From Octopus sinensis (taxonomy: Eukaryota): a stretch of 64,000 bases of DNA. A program made the position numbers and the translations under genes. The notes below the pieces were generated by a model, which worked only from the letters and a program-made list of their open reading frames with translations, did no database searches and was not told the DNA's origin. Location of the stretch: NCBI RefSeq assembly GCF_006345805.1, contig NC_043020.1, positions 2,914,001-2,978,000 of the forward strand, given 5' to 3'. Shown here piece after piece: positions 37,679 through 51,952 of the stretch. The first letter of the stretch is position 1; the number at the start of each line of letters is the position of its first letter.

Positions 37679-40405
37679 TCTTTCTACTAAAGGCACAAGG
37701 TCTGAAATGTTGGTAAAGGGACAAGTCAATTACATTGGTCCCAGTGTTTCACTGGAACTTCATTTTATCAACTCCAAAAGGATGAAAGGCAAAGTCAACC
37801 TCAGCGGAATTTGAACTCAGAACATAGTGACAGGTGAAATGCCGCTAAGCATTTTACCTGGTATGCTAATGATTCAGCCAGCTCACCACCTTAACAATAA
37901 TAATAATAATAATAGTTGTTGTTGATGATATTAAACAATGGATTAATAGGTAAATATATTTTCAATTGTTCAGAAAAGTTATTTTTGTGAGATTTGAAAC
38001 CGTAACAAATTTGATTCAACAGGAGATTATTCCTTTTAATAGCATGTGCACTCACACACGCACCCCCGCCCCACACACACACCCCACTCTCAGACACCTC
38101 TTTCTCAAACATGAACTCATTTGCTCACTCTCATGCATTTTGTATCCGTCTGTCTCACCTCCCACCACACACACACACATATATATATATAGACAAACAT
38201 ACACACATACGTAGACATGTAAATATTTCACAAATGCACCGACCACCAATTTGTGCGTCTGTTGTGCAGGAATCAGAGCTATTAAAAAGTAGAGAAAAAG
38301 AAACATCTGGCACTGAGGGGGTGCACTCCCTTAAACTGTGGGGATGAGAGATATTTTTATAAAACCCACTTTCATTAAGCATACTTTTCTTCTTTTTTTT
38401 CTTGATTTTGTTTTGTTTTCTTTATGATCTACCCCCCGACTCACTGCATATAAAACAGCAAAATGAAAACCAGCAGGGTTCCCTCCATGCAGTTGCTCAA
38501 ATTGCTTCAAATAAAAGCTAAAACTGTGGTTTTCCTTTGTCTTCTACTGGTTTATTAAATGTTTCCTCTGCTGTCCCCTACTCTTTTGACCTTAAACTTG
38601 AAGCAAAGGTCTACTCAACCTTTAGGCTAAAAGACTGGCTCGCGTGACAAAAGTGCATGTCCCCTCACTGATGGACCTGTTTGATATGTCTTGAGGTCAG
38701 CCCTTTTCTGAATTCTCTATGCCTTAATTACAAGCCCACCTTCGGCTATTTGACCCATAACTGGAGGCACTTGAAAGATACTACCACCATGAGCCAGAGT
38801 GCATCTGGGAGCAGTGGTGATTAAGGAATAACTCCATACTCCCTAAACTCCTGAAATCTTGAACTAGAGTTCTCACCAGACACAGTTTAATGTCATGCCC
38901 AGGACATTATTATTATTTAATTATATCAGTTCTTGATTGTCCCTTACTTTATAGACACAGAATGGGGGGAAAAAGTCAACCTTGGTGGGATATGAACTCA
39001 AGACATAAGGGACAGCAACAATAATAATAATCCTTTCTACTATAAGCACAAGGCCTGAAATTTTGGGGGGTGGGACCAGTCAATTGACCTTACCAAAAAG
39101 ATAACAGGCAAAGTCTACCTTGGTGAAATTTTAACTTTGAGCAATCAGACATTTTGTCCAATGTGCTAATGATTCTGCCGTCTCACTGCCTTAATAACAA
39201 CATCAATAATAATTCTTTCTGATTCTAGCACTTTCTTTCTTTTATTTGTTTCAGTGTGTGTGTGTGTGTATGTTTGTGCGTCTGTGTTTGTCCCCCTCAA
39301 CAGCGCTTGACAACTGATGCTGCTGCCACCACCACCACCCTACTTAACAGGACACTGGTCCATTTCAGGGTGAACTTCCCAGCTAATACTGAATCTCATT
39401 TACAGCTGAGTGGACTGAAGCAACAAAGAATGAAGAGTTTTGCTCAAGATTACAATGCATTGCATGGTCCTGGAATTGAAACCACAATCTGGCAATCACA
39501 GGCACAACAACCTAATAACTAGGCCACATGCTTTTGCCCTCAATATCTTACTGGCAGCGAGCTGGCAGAAACGTTAGCAACGTCGGGCGAGATGCTTAAC
39601 GGTATTTCGTCTGCTGCTACGTTCTGAGTTCAAATCCCGCCGAGGTTGACTTTGCCTTTCATCCTTTTGGGGTCGATAAATTAAGTACCAGTTACGCACT
39701 GGGGTCGATATAATTGACTTAATCCGTTTGTCTGTCCTTGTTTGTCCTCTCTGTGTTTAGCCCCTTGTGAGTAGTAAAGAAATAGGTATTTATTTCCTAA
39801 ACCCTGGAGCACATATGAGCAACCATTCTCAAGAAGCCGGTTGCATGACACATGGCACACCATCATGAGGAGGGCTGCACTCCTAAAAAAGGTTCAAGGC
39901 GATTTTTTGCTAGGCATGCCATTCAGAAAGTCTTGTGGGGTCACAGTTTGTCCTTGACTGCCCGAGAGTATTAAAGACCAAATTCAATCCAAGGAGTATT
40001 TCAGCTTAAAACTATGTAAGTACAAAAACAATACAAAATAAACCAAGATTTACCCAGTTCTGTGCCAGTAGCCTGATACTTAAGTAATGCTTAGTATAAT
40101 GCCTGCTATTGTGTCAAAGAGTTGCACACATCTTCTCACCAGATAATATTACAGTGTCTGCTGCAACACAGATGGGAAATCACTGACAGAAGAATGGGTC
40201 AACTTGACAATTGTCACCCTTTCTAGTAATTTAGCAGTACAGCCCTTATGTTGATGCACACACACACACATATGCATATACACATACTACATATGTGTGT
40301 ATACATAACACATGAATGAATACATACACATATATATGCATACATTTCCATTTATGTACATAAACATATATACATTATATACATGCATACATAAATATAA
40401 TATAT

Positions 40406-40444
<39 letters not shown>

Positions 40445-42999
40445 CCATATATACATAGCATAATATATATACATATATATATATATATCCATATATACAT
40501 AGCATAATATATATATATATATACATTTATATACATAGCATATATATATACACACATACATATATGTATACAGAATTGTTTACATACAAACATACACACA
40601 TATATATCTATATATATGTATACATATCTATATATATATATGTATACATACATATATATGTATATATATCCTTCTCATCCTTTCCCTTTACAATTAATGA
40701 AACACACACAAAAATAAACAAAAAACTCTAGAAACTCCAGTCAAGTCAGAAAAAGGGAGAAACTAGCAGAAAGAAATACAATATAAAAAAAAGCAAAAGC
40801 CATGGCAGAACGGCAGTGAATGCATCCCAAACACTTATGCATGAAAACAATCTCAAATGTATCGGTTAATAGATTTCCCATCCCTACATCAGGGTCTTCT
40901 TTGGTGGGTGGGTGGTGGGGTTTGAAGGGGTGGGGGTAATTCCTTTTAGCATCCAACACATCTGGCAGGATTCTTCAGCATTTGTTTGCAGCCAAATATT
41001 TTTGAAAACAATGTAGGGATGTAGGTCTGAGGATGTAGGGAGTTGTTATAGCCACAGCAACATACATCTACATGCTCACACACATGCACGTACACACACA
41101 TACACACACATGTAAACTTACATACATAAGCAGACATATACATACACGTATACACAAAAATGATATATGCTAATACACACACTCAGACATATATAGAGGT
41201 ATGTGTATATATAAATATATATACAGGCCTTTCTCTCTTTCACTCTCTCTGTACACACACACACACATGTGTGTATGTATGCATTTAGGTGTAGCTGTGT
41301 GGTAAGAAGTTTGCTTCCCAACCACATGGTTCCAGGTTCAGTCCCACCGTGTGGCAAATTGGGCAAGTGGTTTCTACTATGTACTAGGGCCAACCAAAGC
41401 CTTCTGAGTGGATTTAGTGAACAGAAACTGAAAGAAGCCCATCATATACATATATATATATATATAAGTGTGTTTGTCTTTGTATCTGTTTTTTCCCCCA
41501 ACATCACCACCACTTGACAATCAGTATTGGGGTGTTTGCATCTCCGTAACTTAGTAGTTCAGCAATCAAGATCAATGGAATAAGTACCAAACTTTAAAAA
41601 GTAAGTACAGAAGATGATCTGTTTGACTAAAATTCTTCAAGGCAGTGTCCCAGCATGGCCACAGTCTAATGACTGAAACAAGTAAACTATATATATATAT
41701 ATACATATATATATAAACAAAGCTACATGTTTTCTACTCACAAATTCTAGGGCCTCCATCAGTCTGTATTGGCCATGTACCTATACATGCTTGTACAGGC
41801 ATTGGCAAGGTATATTGCAGAAGGCTGACCGTTGCCTGTATATGCAAGTTTCCCTGCTCCATACAATCAAAATTGTCCAACGAAACAACTGTTACCCTGG
41901 GAAGCAAAACTTCTTAGCACTATATTATCATAAGAGCTGCTATCCAAACCCAAGGAGCTAGAACAGTTCTGCCAATTCACCAACTTACTACATGAGCCCT
42001 TCATTCCATGTGGACTTTGATGACTTTTCTCCTCTGCTCCTCTCCTGTTGAATCCTTTCTCTTCCAGTTCTGCCCTAGTCTCCTACCCAAGGGAAGTCAC
42101 TTTTGCAGTACTTGAGGGCAAAGCCTTCCTTTCCTGGCTCTCACTGCTTTTCAATTTTCATTGATACTTCTGTAACCTCACTTTTTAATTTTGTTTATTT
42201 TTTGGCTTGGTAGGGGTGTTTGCCCCATGCACATCCATTTTTATCTCTGGGAAGAGATGGTCTGCATTAGTTTAGCCTCTTAACCTTTGACCTGTCCAGC
42301 ATGGCAGGCTAGCATAGCTCTAAGGGTCACTGAGGCATGTAAACTAACATGCCACAAGGACTGGATTTTGTTAAGGAATCCACAATCTTGGAATGGTTCT
42401 TTTTTATCAACCTCAAAACAATGAAAGATAAAGTTGACCTTAGCAAGAATTTGAACTCTGGTTACAGAGCGAGAAGAAATGTGAGGCAACATTCTATCCA
42501 AGACTCTAAACATTTCACAAATAATTCTTTCTGATTCTGGTACAAGGCCAGCAATTTTTCAAAGAGGAGGGAGGAAGTTGATAACATCAATCGCAGTACT
42601 TAAGGAAAAGTCAACCTCAGCAGCATTTGAACTAAGAATATAAAGAGTAGAAAGAAATACAGCCAAGCATTTTGTCCAGTTTGGTAACGGTTCTGCCAAC
42701 TTGCTGCCTTAAACAACTCACAAATATCAAAAGTGAAATCAGAGAACCGATGGTTGTTCCAAGATGAATCAAGCTGTAGTCATGGCAGCATTATCAGAGA
42801 ACTTCACTAATTCCAAATTAGGGAAGTAGAATTACTGATAAGATGTCGACTTAATTATAAATAATGAGGTACGTTTATTCTGACACCAAGTTGTGTGCAC
42901 ATGTGCTGCGTATGTCCATTGCAACGGCTGTCTTGGTGTAGCCTTTGATCAATGAGGAATTATTCACTCTGTAACATAGATTAATTCTTGTTTACCGAA

Positions 43000-44075
43000 A
43001 TGTGGTGATGGGGTGGGGGTCTTGTGGTGATGTTGGGGTTGGGTAGTGGTGTTGGCATTGGTGGTGGTATTGGGGTGAGTAGTGTTGTTGGCGCTGCGTG
43101 TAGTGTTGTTGTTGGCTACAGTGGTGGTTGTAGGTTTTGGTAATAGTAGTGGTGTTTTTAGCAGCATTGGTTGTGGTGGTAGTTGTAGCAGTGATACTGG
43201 TAGTGATGATGGCTATGGATATAGTAGTGGTGGTTGTAGAAGGGGTGATATTAGTGTTGGTAGAAGAGTGCTAGTGGTAGTAATGGTTGTAGTGGAACTA
43301 CTAGTATTAGCATTGGTGGGGGAAGTGGTGATTATGATTTGGAAAAACTGGTGATGGTAGTGGTGGTTGCATTTGTGGTGCTGGTGGTAGTAGTAAAGGC
43401 GATGGTGGTGTTGCTGCTTGCAGAAAGGGGATGACATTGATTTTGGTGCTGGTGGTAATATTAGTGGTGGTATGTTTGTGGCAATGGTATAGCTGCTAGT
43501 GGTAGTGGTTCTGATGCTGTTATCCGTGGTGGTGGTGGTGGTGGTGGTGGTGGTGTAGATGATAGTAGTAATATTGATGGTTGTGTTGGTAGTATTACTG
43601 CAGTGGTGGTGGTATTTCTAGGCGGCGAGCTGGCAGAAACGCTAGCGCGCCGGGCGAAATGTGTAGCCGTATTTCGTCTGCTGTTACTTTCTGAGTTCAA
43701 ATTCCGGCGAGGTCAACTTTGCCTTTCATCCTTTTGGAGTCGATTAAATAAGTACCAGTTGCGCACTGGGGTCAATGTAATCGACTTAATCCGTTTGTCT
43801 GTCCTTGTTTGTCCTCTCTGTGTTTAGCCCCTTGTGGGCAGTAAAGAAATAGGTATAGCTGCTAGTGGTAGCGGTTCTGCTGTTGTTAATAGTGGTGGTG
43901 GTGGTAGTGTAGATGATAGTAGTAATATTAATGGTTGTGTTGGTAGTATTACTGCAGTGGTGGTGGTTGTGGCGGCAGGGGTTGCAGTGGTTGGTAGTGG
44001 TGATGCAGGTAGTTTTGGTGGTAGTGCATTTAGTTGTGGTAGCACTGGTAGCACTGGTGGAGGTGGTGCATGTAA
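43000..44075. repeat. Degenerate (GGT/AGT)n trinucleotide region; similar tracts at 1630-2010, 53340-53610, 55260-55400, 62325-62625
   Basis: Directly visible low-complexity trinucleotide sequence. Confidence 0.92.
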
Positions 44076-44732
44076 TAATAGCGTCACTTGCATCATGTCA
44101 CCACTACTTGTTTAAATAAAGAAGGCCTGTAGAATGAATGGCCCCACAGTGAAAAGATGTAAACAAGCAGAGGGGTGGACACACAATCCACATGTAAGGA
44201 CACACCAACAACATATAGAAAACAAACAAACAAAAAATATAATTTGTGTGTGTGTGTGTACGTACATGTATGTATAAAAACATGTGCAGATACATATACA
44301 AGCGCACACGACATGCATATGCACACACGTATACACACACGTGTAGATTTTAACTATACAGTTTCTCGTTTATATATCAACGGTTGTATCTACGGTGGGT
44401 GTAGATGCATTCACATGCACGTGTGCAATCTGTATGTGGATATTATGTATATATATATCTGTAGATAAAACCATTGACATATATATGAGAAGCTGTATAG
44501 AGATGTATGTATGTGTGTTTGTGTGTACTATACACACACACATATATGTGTGTGTGTGTGTGTGTATATGTATGTGTGTGTGTATATGTATGTATATATA
44601 TATATATATGTGTATATATATATATATATATGTGTGTATGTGTGTGCATATATATATATGTATATATATATGTGTGTGTGTGTATGTATGTATATATGTG
44701 TGTGTGTATGTATATATATATATATGTATATA

Positions 44733-44776
<44 letters not shown>

Positions 44777-45070
44777 AACACACACACATACATACACATA
44801 TATATATATATATATATATACTGCATGTGTGTGTGAGCATGTTTATGTATATAAGGGTGGGTGTGTACACACACATAGATACACATATTCTCCTATATTG
44901 GAGATACAATCATCCATGGGTCTATATGAATGGCAAATTGAATATAATACTTAACAATAACAAGTATCCAGTGTGTATATGATTTATCTTGAGGTATCTA
45001 TGAAAATATATCTGTTTATTTAGAGTGATAAAAATATGTTTTTGAGTAATGCAAACAACTTCAACTCCAA

Positions 45071-45109
<39 letters not shown>

Positions 45110-45260
45110 GCATTGATGTGTGTGAGTGTGTGCATGTGTGTATGCACATTTGTATTTGAGTGTCCTTATGTGTGTCTTTGTGTTTATGTATGCATTAGAA
45201 TGAATGGATATATATATAAATATAGATATATGTATGTATATATACATCCATTCATTCTAA

Positions 45261-45298
<38 letters not shown>

Positions 45299-45614
45299 CT
45301 AATATTTATGGTAATGCTTGGATGTATATATATGTATGTGCTTGCATGTGTCTATATATTTGTATACATGCTCATTCATGTGCTTGTATGTTTATGAATG
45401 TATTTGTATGTGTTTATATACAGTTATGTTATTTTCTATGAACGCTTGTGTGTGTGTGTGTGTTTAAATTTCATTTCTTTTGAGATTTATGTTCTTCATA
45501 GAATTTCCATCTGGTTACTAACAATGTGACAAGACTTTCCTGTTTAAATCAAAACAGTTCCAATTTGTTTAATTAATGTGCGAGTTACTGTATGCACGCG
45601 CGTACACACACATA

Positions 45615-46852
45615 CAGGGTGTTCCCAAAACAATGTATACATACACTGAATTATTGTAAGGTCAACATTTATTAAAATGCATTCTATTTTCAAAATTTAA
45701 TAAAATCTAAACAGAATTTCATTTTTTTATGAATGCCTCTTTCCAAAAAGATGACATTTCTTGCCCAAGCACTGCTGATAACGCAAAGCAATGGAATTGC
45801 AAACATCAAGAAATATTTCATTTAGTATTTATGAACATTCTTATCCAATGGCAGCCCCTAATTCATGGAGTATTGCTGTGAAGTCTGGTGAACATGGAGG
45901 GCATCCTTCTGAATCTCCTCATCCAATCCACCTGTTTTGCAAAAGCTCTTCCAAATATAAACCTTACATTACTATGGTAACGTGGCAGTGCCTCATCTTG
46001 CTGGAAATAAAATATACACATGCAAGCATGTATCTGACTCATACACTGTTCACTTTCCAGACATTTGTACATTACTGCATATACTTTATACGCACTTTTG
46101 ACAAGTTGTGGTGCACCTGAGCACTGTATACAATAATTTCATTATTATTATTATTATTATTATCTTCAAATTCCTTTTAAATGCTTGGCATGACAAAGTG
46201 TCACAAGTTGAAGTAAATGGGACCAGTCACAGGAAGTTTCACTTAACTCTTTTGATGATAACTGCTGGTTAGGTAACACCATGTGAATTTCCAGGTGCCC
46301 CAGCAGTAAGTGCAATTGAGCCACTTAATTTAAATGTAGCCTCACCACTTTAAACAATCTTTGTTGAAAGTCTGCTTCTTCTACTCATTGTGTCAAATAC
46401 CTCTTACGAAACTCCACTCTTCACTTTGGATCATCTTCATTAAGAACATGGACGATTCTTGGAATGTAACTTTTCTAATGACAGCACTTCAAAATGCAGG
46501 GCACTTGATTTGGAAATTCTCATCTCAAGACTTGTTTGCTGCACAGATTTGTCTTGAACTTTGGTAATACATTCCTAATACCCTTTTTCACTTTGAGGGG
46601 CTAGTCAATGTCTGTGGTCTTTCAAAATGTTTCTTTCAAACTTATCCCTAATTCAAGTGATGGTAAGTTGCAGAGGTGACTTTGTTTGAAACTCCCTTCT
46701 AACCTTTGGACTTTGACTATGTTTTCAAAGTTCCATTACCACTTTAGGATAAATCATCTTCATTAAAAGCTTAGCCTGGCCCCTTTCATAATTTCTAATG
46801 TATTACATCTAAAAAGAAAGTGTGCATACATTTTTGGATGGGGATTATCCTG
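45615..46852 (-). mobile_element. Decayed Tc1/mariner-superfamily transposon with both ends
   Basis: TA-flanked imperfect TIRs (cagggtgttccc..aatgtatac / gtgcatacattttt..atcctg). Minus-strand remnants IPRIVHVLNEDDP..RVEF, IV*SGEATFKLSG and YFQQDEALPRY match SDEA..F and FQQDGAPxH. Confidence 0.85.
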
Positions 46853-46872
46853 TATATATGTATGTGTGTCTC

Positions 46873-46906
<34 letters not shown>

Positions 46907-48350
46907 CATATATACACACACATGTGGCTGGTTTAAAAGTTAAAGGTTTAACCCTAAATCGGCTCAGGTTAAGACATTCCAGTTCTGACCAGCCTGTCTT
47001 TTTTTCTTTAGACATAGTGTATCTAGGACTACATTATCTAATGTACCCTTGATGCCGGTTGTCGTTTAGCTCTAGGTCAGCATATATTGAACAATATTAT
47101 GATGAAAGGACCCATGACTCTTGACAAGGCCTTTCAGACTGACAAGGCCTAAGGGAGGAGGTCAGCCTCAGACCAGAGACCTAGGCTGAATGTTTGCAAA
47201 TAGGGTGGACTCTACTAAAAGTAGTTACAAGCCTGGCAGTTGTGTTAGATTGACCCTGTGTGGTTAAGAAGCTCATTTTACAACCCTGAGGTTTCAGGTT
47301 CAGTCCCATTGTGTAGCACCTTGGATAAGTGCCTTCTACAATAAAGCCCTGGGTTAACCAATGCCTTGTGAATGAATTTGGTAGGTGGAAACTGTGTGGA
47401 AGCCCATCATACACACACATGCACGTTTTATTTGTTCCTTATCAATGCTTGACAACTGGTGTTGGTTTGTTTACATCTCCGTAACTTGGTGGTTCAACAA
47501 AAGGGTGGCGATAAGATAAGTACCAGACTTAAAAGTAAGCACTGGGGTCAGTTTGTTGAACTAAACCCTTCAAGGCAGTGCCCCTGCATGACTGCAGTCC
47601 AAAGATTGAAATAAGTAAAAAATAAAGATAAAAGATTAGATTATTATTCTTTATTCCCTTGTCCAACAAACTTGTAACCAAAGGCACTTCAATTGTGATA
47701 AATCCCATTTACTGGTAAACACGTGTATCTAGGAATACATTATTCAGTATGTCCTTCCTTTTTTTAAATAAGGTGGTCAGGTGCAGACTTGACCATTAAG
47801 AGGTCTGCTTCCCAATTATGTGGTTCCAGGATTCAGCCCCACTTCTGAGATTCGAACCCGCGATCCCTCGACCGCAAGTCCGCTGCTCTAGCCACTAGGC
47901 CATGTGCCTCCACTTGTAAGTGGATTTGGTAGATGGAAACTGAAAGAATTCCATTGTATGGATGTAATAGGCACAATCATGGCTGTGTGGTAAGAATCTT
48001 GCTTCCCAACCACATGGTTCTGGGTTCATTCCCATCGCGTGGCACTTTGGACAAGTGTTTTCTACTATAACCTTGGGCTGACCAAAGCCTTGTGAGGGGA
48101 TTTAGAATACGGAAACTGAAAGAAGCCCATTATATGTATGTATGTGTTTATGTGTGTGTGTCTGCCCCCTGCCATCACTTGACAACCAATGCTGGTGTAT
48201 TTATGTCCCTGTAACTTAGCTGTTTGGCAAAAGAGACCAATAGAAAAAATATTAAACTTACTAAGAATAAATCCTGGGGCCAATTTGTTCAACTAGAAAA
48301 CCCTTCAAGGTGGTGCTCTAGCATGGCCACAGACAAATGACTGTGTGTGC

Positions 48351-48386
<36 letters not shown>

Positions 48387-48744
48387 GCTGTGTTTGTGTC
48401 TCCTTGTTTTGACATAGAATGATAGTTGAAAATGAGATTTACTGACATACAGTGTCTGTTTCCAATCTTCCATGAAAACATGTCTGGCTGTAGCGAAATA
48501 TTACTTTGCTTGGATACAGGTGAGGGTTGGCAACAGGAAGATGTACTGTGTCCAACATCCTAATCTCTGCTCTAATCCTCACAGCAAGTCCTCTAATCCT
48601 TACAATGTCAAACCTGTTTTTCCTGCAGGCCTCAACATGCAACTCTTCATGCATCAGCTTTACCAGTCTTAGAGGGGTCATAATGTGCCATGGGTGCAGC
48701 CCCTTTCTCCAAATGAAAAAAGAGAAATTAAAGGTATGACTTAA

Positions 48745-49163
48745 GGCAGCGAGCTGGCAGAAACGTTAGCACGCCGGGTGAAATGCGTAGCAGTATTTCG
48801 TCTGCCATTACGTTCTGAGTTCAAATTCTGCAGAGGTCGACTTTGCCTTTCATCCTTTCGGGGTTGATAAATTAAGTACCAGTTATGCACTGGGGTCGAT
48901 GTAATCGACTTAATCTGTTTGTCTGTCCTTGTTTGTCCCCTCTGTGTTTAGCCCCTTGTGGGTAGTAAAGAAATAGGTATTTCTTCTGCTGTTACATTCT
49001 GAGTTCAAATTTCGCCAAGGTCGACTTTGCCTTTCATCCTTTCAGAGTCATAAATTAAGTACCAGTTACGCACTGGGGTCAGTGCATGATTTCGACTAAA
49101 TCCGTTTGTCTGTCCTTGTTTGTCCCCTCTATGTTTAGCTCCTTGTGGGTAGTAAAGAAATAG
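48745..49163 (+). mobile_element. Family A SINE with duplicated body, inserted at a RAD52 donor site
   Basis: Full copy 48745-48980 plus a headless repeat to 49163, with 12-bp TSD aggtatgactta. Confidence 0.9.
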
Positions 49164-49174
49164 GTATGACTTAC

Positions 49175-49268
49175 CAACTGTTTGCTGTGTAACCGAGTGC
49201 GACCATCCATTGAAGCCGAACGTCTCATTTGCTAGGTTTATCAAGCGCCAACCCTCAATGTAGGCAAG
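49175..49268 (-). CDS. RAD52: RAD52 exon ([31 protein letters not shown]), first exon found in window
   Basis: Matches the Rad52 N-terminal domain motif YIEGxRxINLANExFGxNGWxHS. Acceptor ctctccccaacag, donor G|gtaagt. 94 nt, phase 0 in, phase 1 out. Confidence 0.97.
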
Positions 49269-51609
49269 CTGTTGGGGAGAGAATAACATTGAAATACACA
49301 TTTGAAACAATGGCAAAATCAGTGTTATAACATGTAATTAGAAATAAATATGAAACGAAGAAAAGATCATTTGAACAAACTCAGGATGTGTATTATTTCA
49401 ACAAGTAGGTGCAGGCGTGGCCATGGGGTTAAGAAGCTTGTATGGACCTGACAGAATATATTTATATGCGCACGTGTGTGTATTAGATAATAAATAATAA
49501 ATCGTATGGTATATACCTGGTGGTTTACCAGTAAAGCCTGTTCACTTTCACAGTGTTTGCTGGGTATCGTCCATCTTATGTCTTTCTCATTAATCAAATA
49601 TATATATAAGTATATAATTATATATATATACGCACAACACAGATACACCATGGGCTTCTTTCAGTTTCCCCTCTACCAAATCCATTCACAAAGCTTTATT
49701 CAGTATTTGCTCGAGGTTCAGTGCAGTGCGACTAAAGCCAAGGCAACATGGTGGGGAAGCAAGAGTCTCAACCATACATCCACGCCTATGCTTCTATGTG
49801 TGCATATACGTATGTGTCCTTCACACACACACACACTTTTGTTTAAATCACTCAATATTCTTTTCAGGCTGTCATTTAAAAAGATTTTTTTTTTAAACCC
49901 TGAAATATAAAAGCAGAACAGACGCGACTTAATGGAAGGGGGATAACTCCTATTGAAAAGTTTTTTGCCAATAAAATATTATAAAGGCGCATGAGTGACT
50001 GGGTGGTAAGAAGTTTGTATGCAGAGTTCTTGACTTGTGCTGGCTCTTACAGGTGCATGTTGTTTGCAAAACATCGTAAAACCCACACCTGCTATGTGTC
50101 TTACATTATTTAAGGACTGTGACCTTGAAGAAAGATTTCTTTTTTAATTATGTAAATGAAAAATTCTCTTAGAAAGATGGGAAGGATGTTAAATTTTCTT
50201 GCACCTGTCAGCTATTTGCAACAAGTGGAGGACAACAAGACTCTACCAGCAAAGCACCACCCTGGAAGCTGATGACAGCAAAACATCACAACCCAAAACA
50301 TGAGTTTCACAGTGCGGATGACAATTCTCCTGAATAAGATATAAACCACTCTATGTTGATCTGAAAGAAGAAAGTTTAAATGCTGTTCTCCCATAATGTA
50401 GTTTACTTATGATAAATTTATGGTGCCATGCCAATATACAATCACAGTATTCCATCTACTTGCACAGAATGATGCATTTTCCCTATAAAACCATTTTAAA
50501 ATATCTTTCAATCAGTATATGATGAAACATACTGAATTTGGTTTTTCCACAAAATATATTTGTAAAATTGGAGCGAGTCTTACCAGCAAATACTGTACTT
50601 CCTTCAGTTTCAGTACACTGCCTCAGATCAAGTCTCTTGCTAGGTGACATCGAAATTATATATATCTATAGACTAAAATATATAACTATCTTCTTCACTA
50701 TATTTCTTATAACTTTATATACAACGTACACTTAAAGTATTTTATTTGTTCGAAAATGAGTCGTGAAGAGAGGGGGAAAAAAGGACTGGATGATGGGGAG
50801 ACAACTCTGCTTGTCTTCAGTGAGCCATGGCATAAAATCTGATATTCTAGTTTTAACACGAGTGGACCCATTCCACTTCACTTAGAAACATATGGGTGTA
50901 TTACCTAAACCTACCCTTTTGAAAAAAAATCTACTCTAATACAATACAGAGCTTTCCAGGGATGTTAGTAGCAGTCAAGTGCAAGGTTGATTTCATATTC
51001 CTTTAAGGAATCCGTGATAATCACAGACAATGTTACCAAATACTTAGTAAGTTTCCAATTCGTTGCTATAATTTCTGTTTAATGTTATCAGCTGGTTATT
51101 GTCATCGAAAAAGCTTCGTCCTCAAAGTTTTCCCCACCAATAAGCGGCTTCTGCGGTAATTGAAACGGATTTTACCAATTTGAAAGATTCTCAGTCAAAG
51201 GGAGACAACTCGTATGACAATAGAAGTAAAAAATTTCTAACAATTTGGAAAGGAGAAAAAAAATGAACAACAAAACAAAATAAAAACTATGGCACCATGA
51301 AACTAATCAACTCGACTGCAAGTCACTCATTAAATATAAAGTGATGAGGAAAAGGAGGAGCGGGAAAATTAAGAAAAACGCCCGTTTATTTAATTTTGTT
51401 TTATCTATGTTGGAACTTATTGATGAGAAAAGTTTAATTGGATCTGTAGCTTATTTTTTATTTTTAGTCAAACAGCAGAAAATTCATAAAAGAAGGAGGC
51501 GAGAAATAAATAAATAAATAAATACAATAAAATAAATAAATAAAAATATTTTAAAAACATTAAATTTTAAAAATATAACAGGCAAGGAGAGACAAGATCA
51601 GATGCTGGC

Positions 51610-51952
51610 GGAACGTTAAAAGCACCAACCAATCATGGCCGTTGCCAGGTGGCACGTAAAAAGCACCAACCGATCGTGGCCGTTTCCAGCCTCCCCTGGC
51701 ACCTGTGCCAGTGGCACGTAAAAAGCACCAACCGATCGTGGCCGTTGCCAGTCTCCCCTGGCACCTGTGCCGGTGGCACGTAAATAGCACCCACTACACT
51801 CATGGAGTGGTTGGCGTTCGGAAGGGCATCCAGCTGTAGAAACTCTGCCAGATCAGACTGGAGCCTGGTGCAGCCTTCTGGCTTGCCAGACCCTGGTTGA
51901 ACCGTCCAACCCATGCTAGCATGGAAAATGGACGTTAAACGATGATGATGAT
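51610..51952 (+). mobile_element. Family C SINE-like element with tandem internal subrepeats and RTE-like (GAT)n tail; other copies 1069-1213, 19641-19830 (-), 34905-35118, 62880-63160
   Basis: Shared ggcacgtaaaaagcacc..gaagggcatccagctgtagaaactctgccagatc..ccatgctagcatggaaa..aaacgatgatg. Confidence 0.85.

Noticed and set aside
41750-42130. Possible L1/Tx1 ORF1 remnant (similar at 14560-15230)
   Set aside because: Only vague peptide resemblance; cannot be supported without a search.
49005-49316. 103-aa ORF as a stand-alone protein
   Set aside because: Only 49175-49268 is the RAD52 exon; the rest is intron and SINE.
49935-51212. Three ggg(a/g)ga(c/t)aactc motifs suggesting a regulatory site
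   Set aside because: Short, irregularly spaced, and a similar string occurs inside the Helitron; more likely repeat debris.
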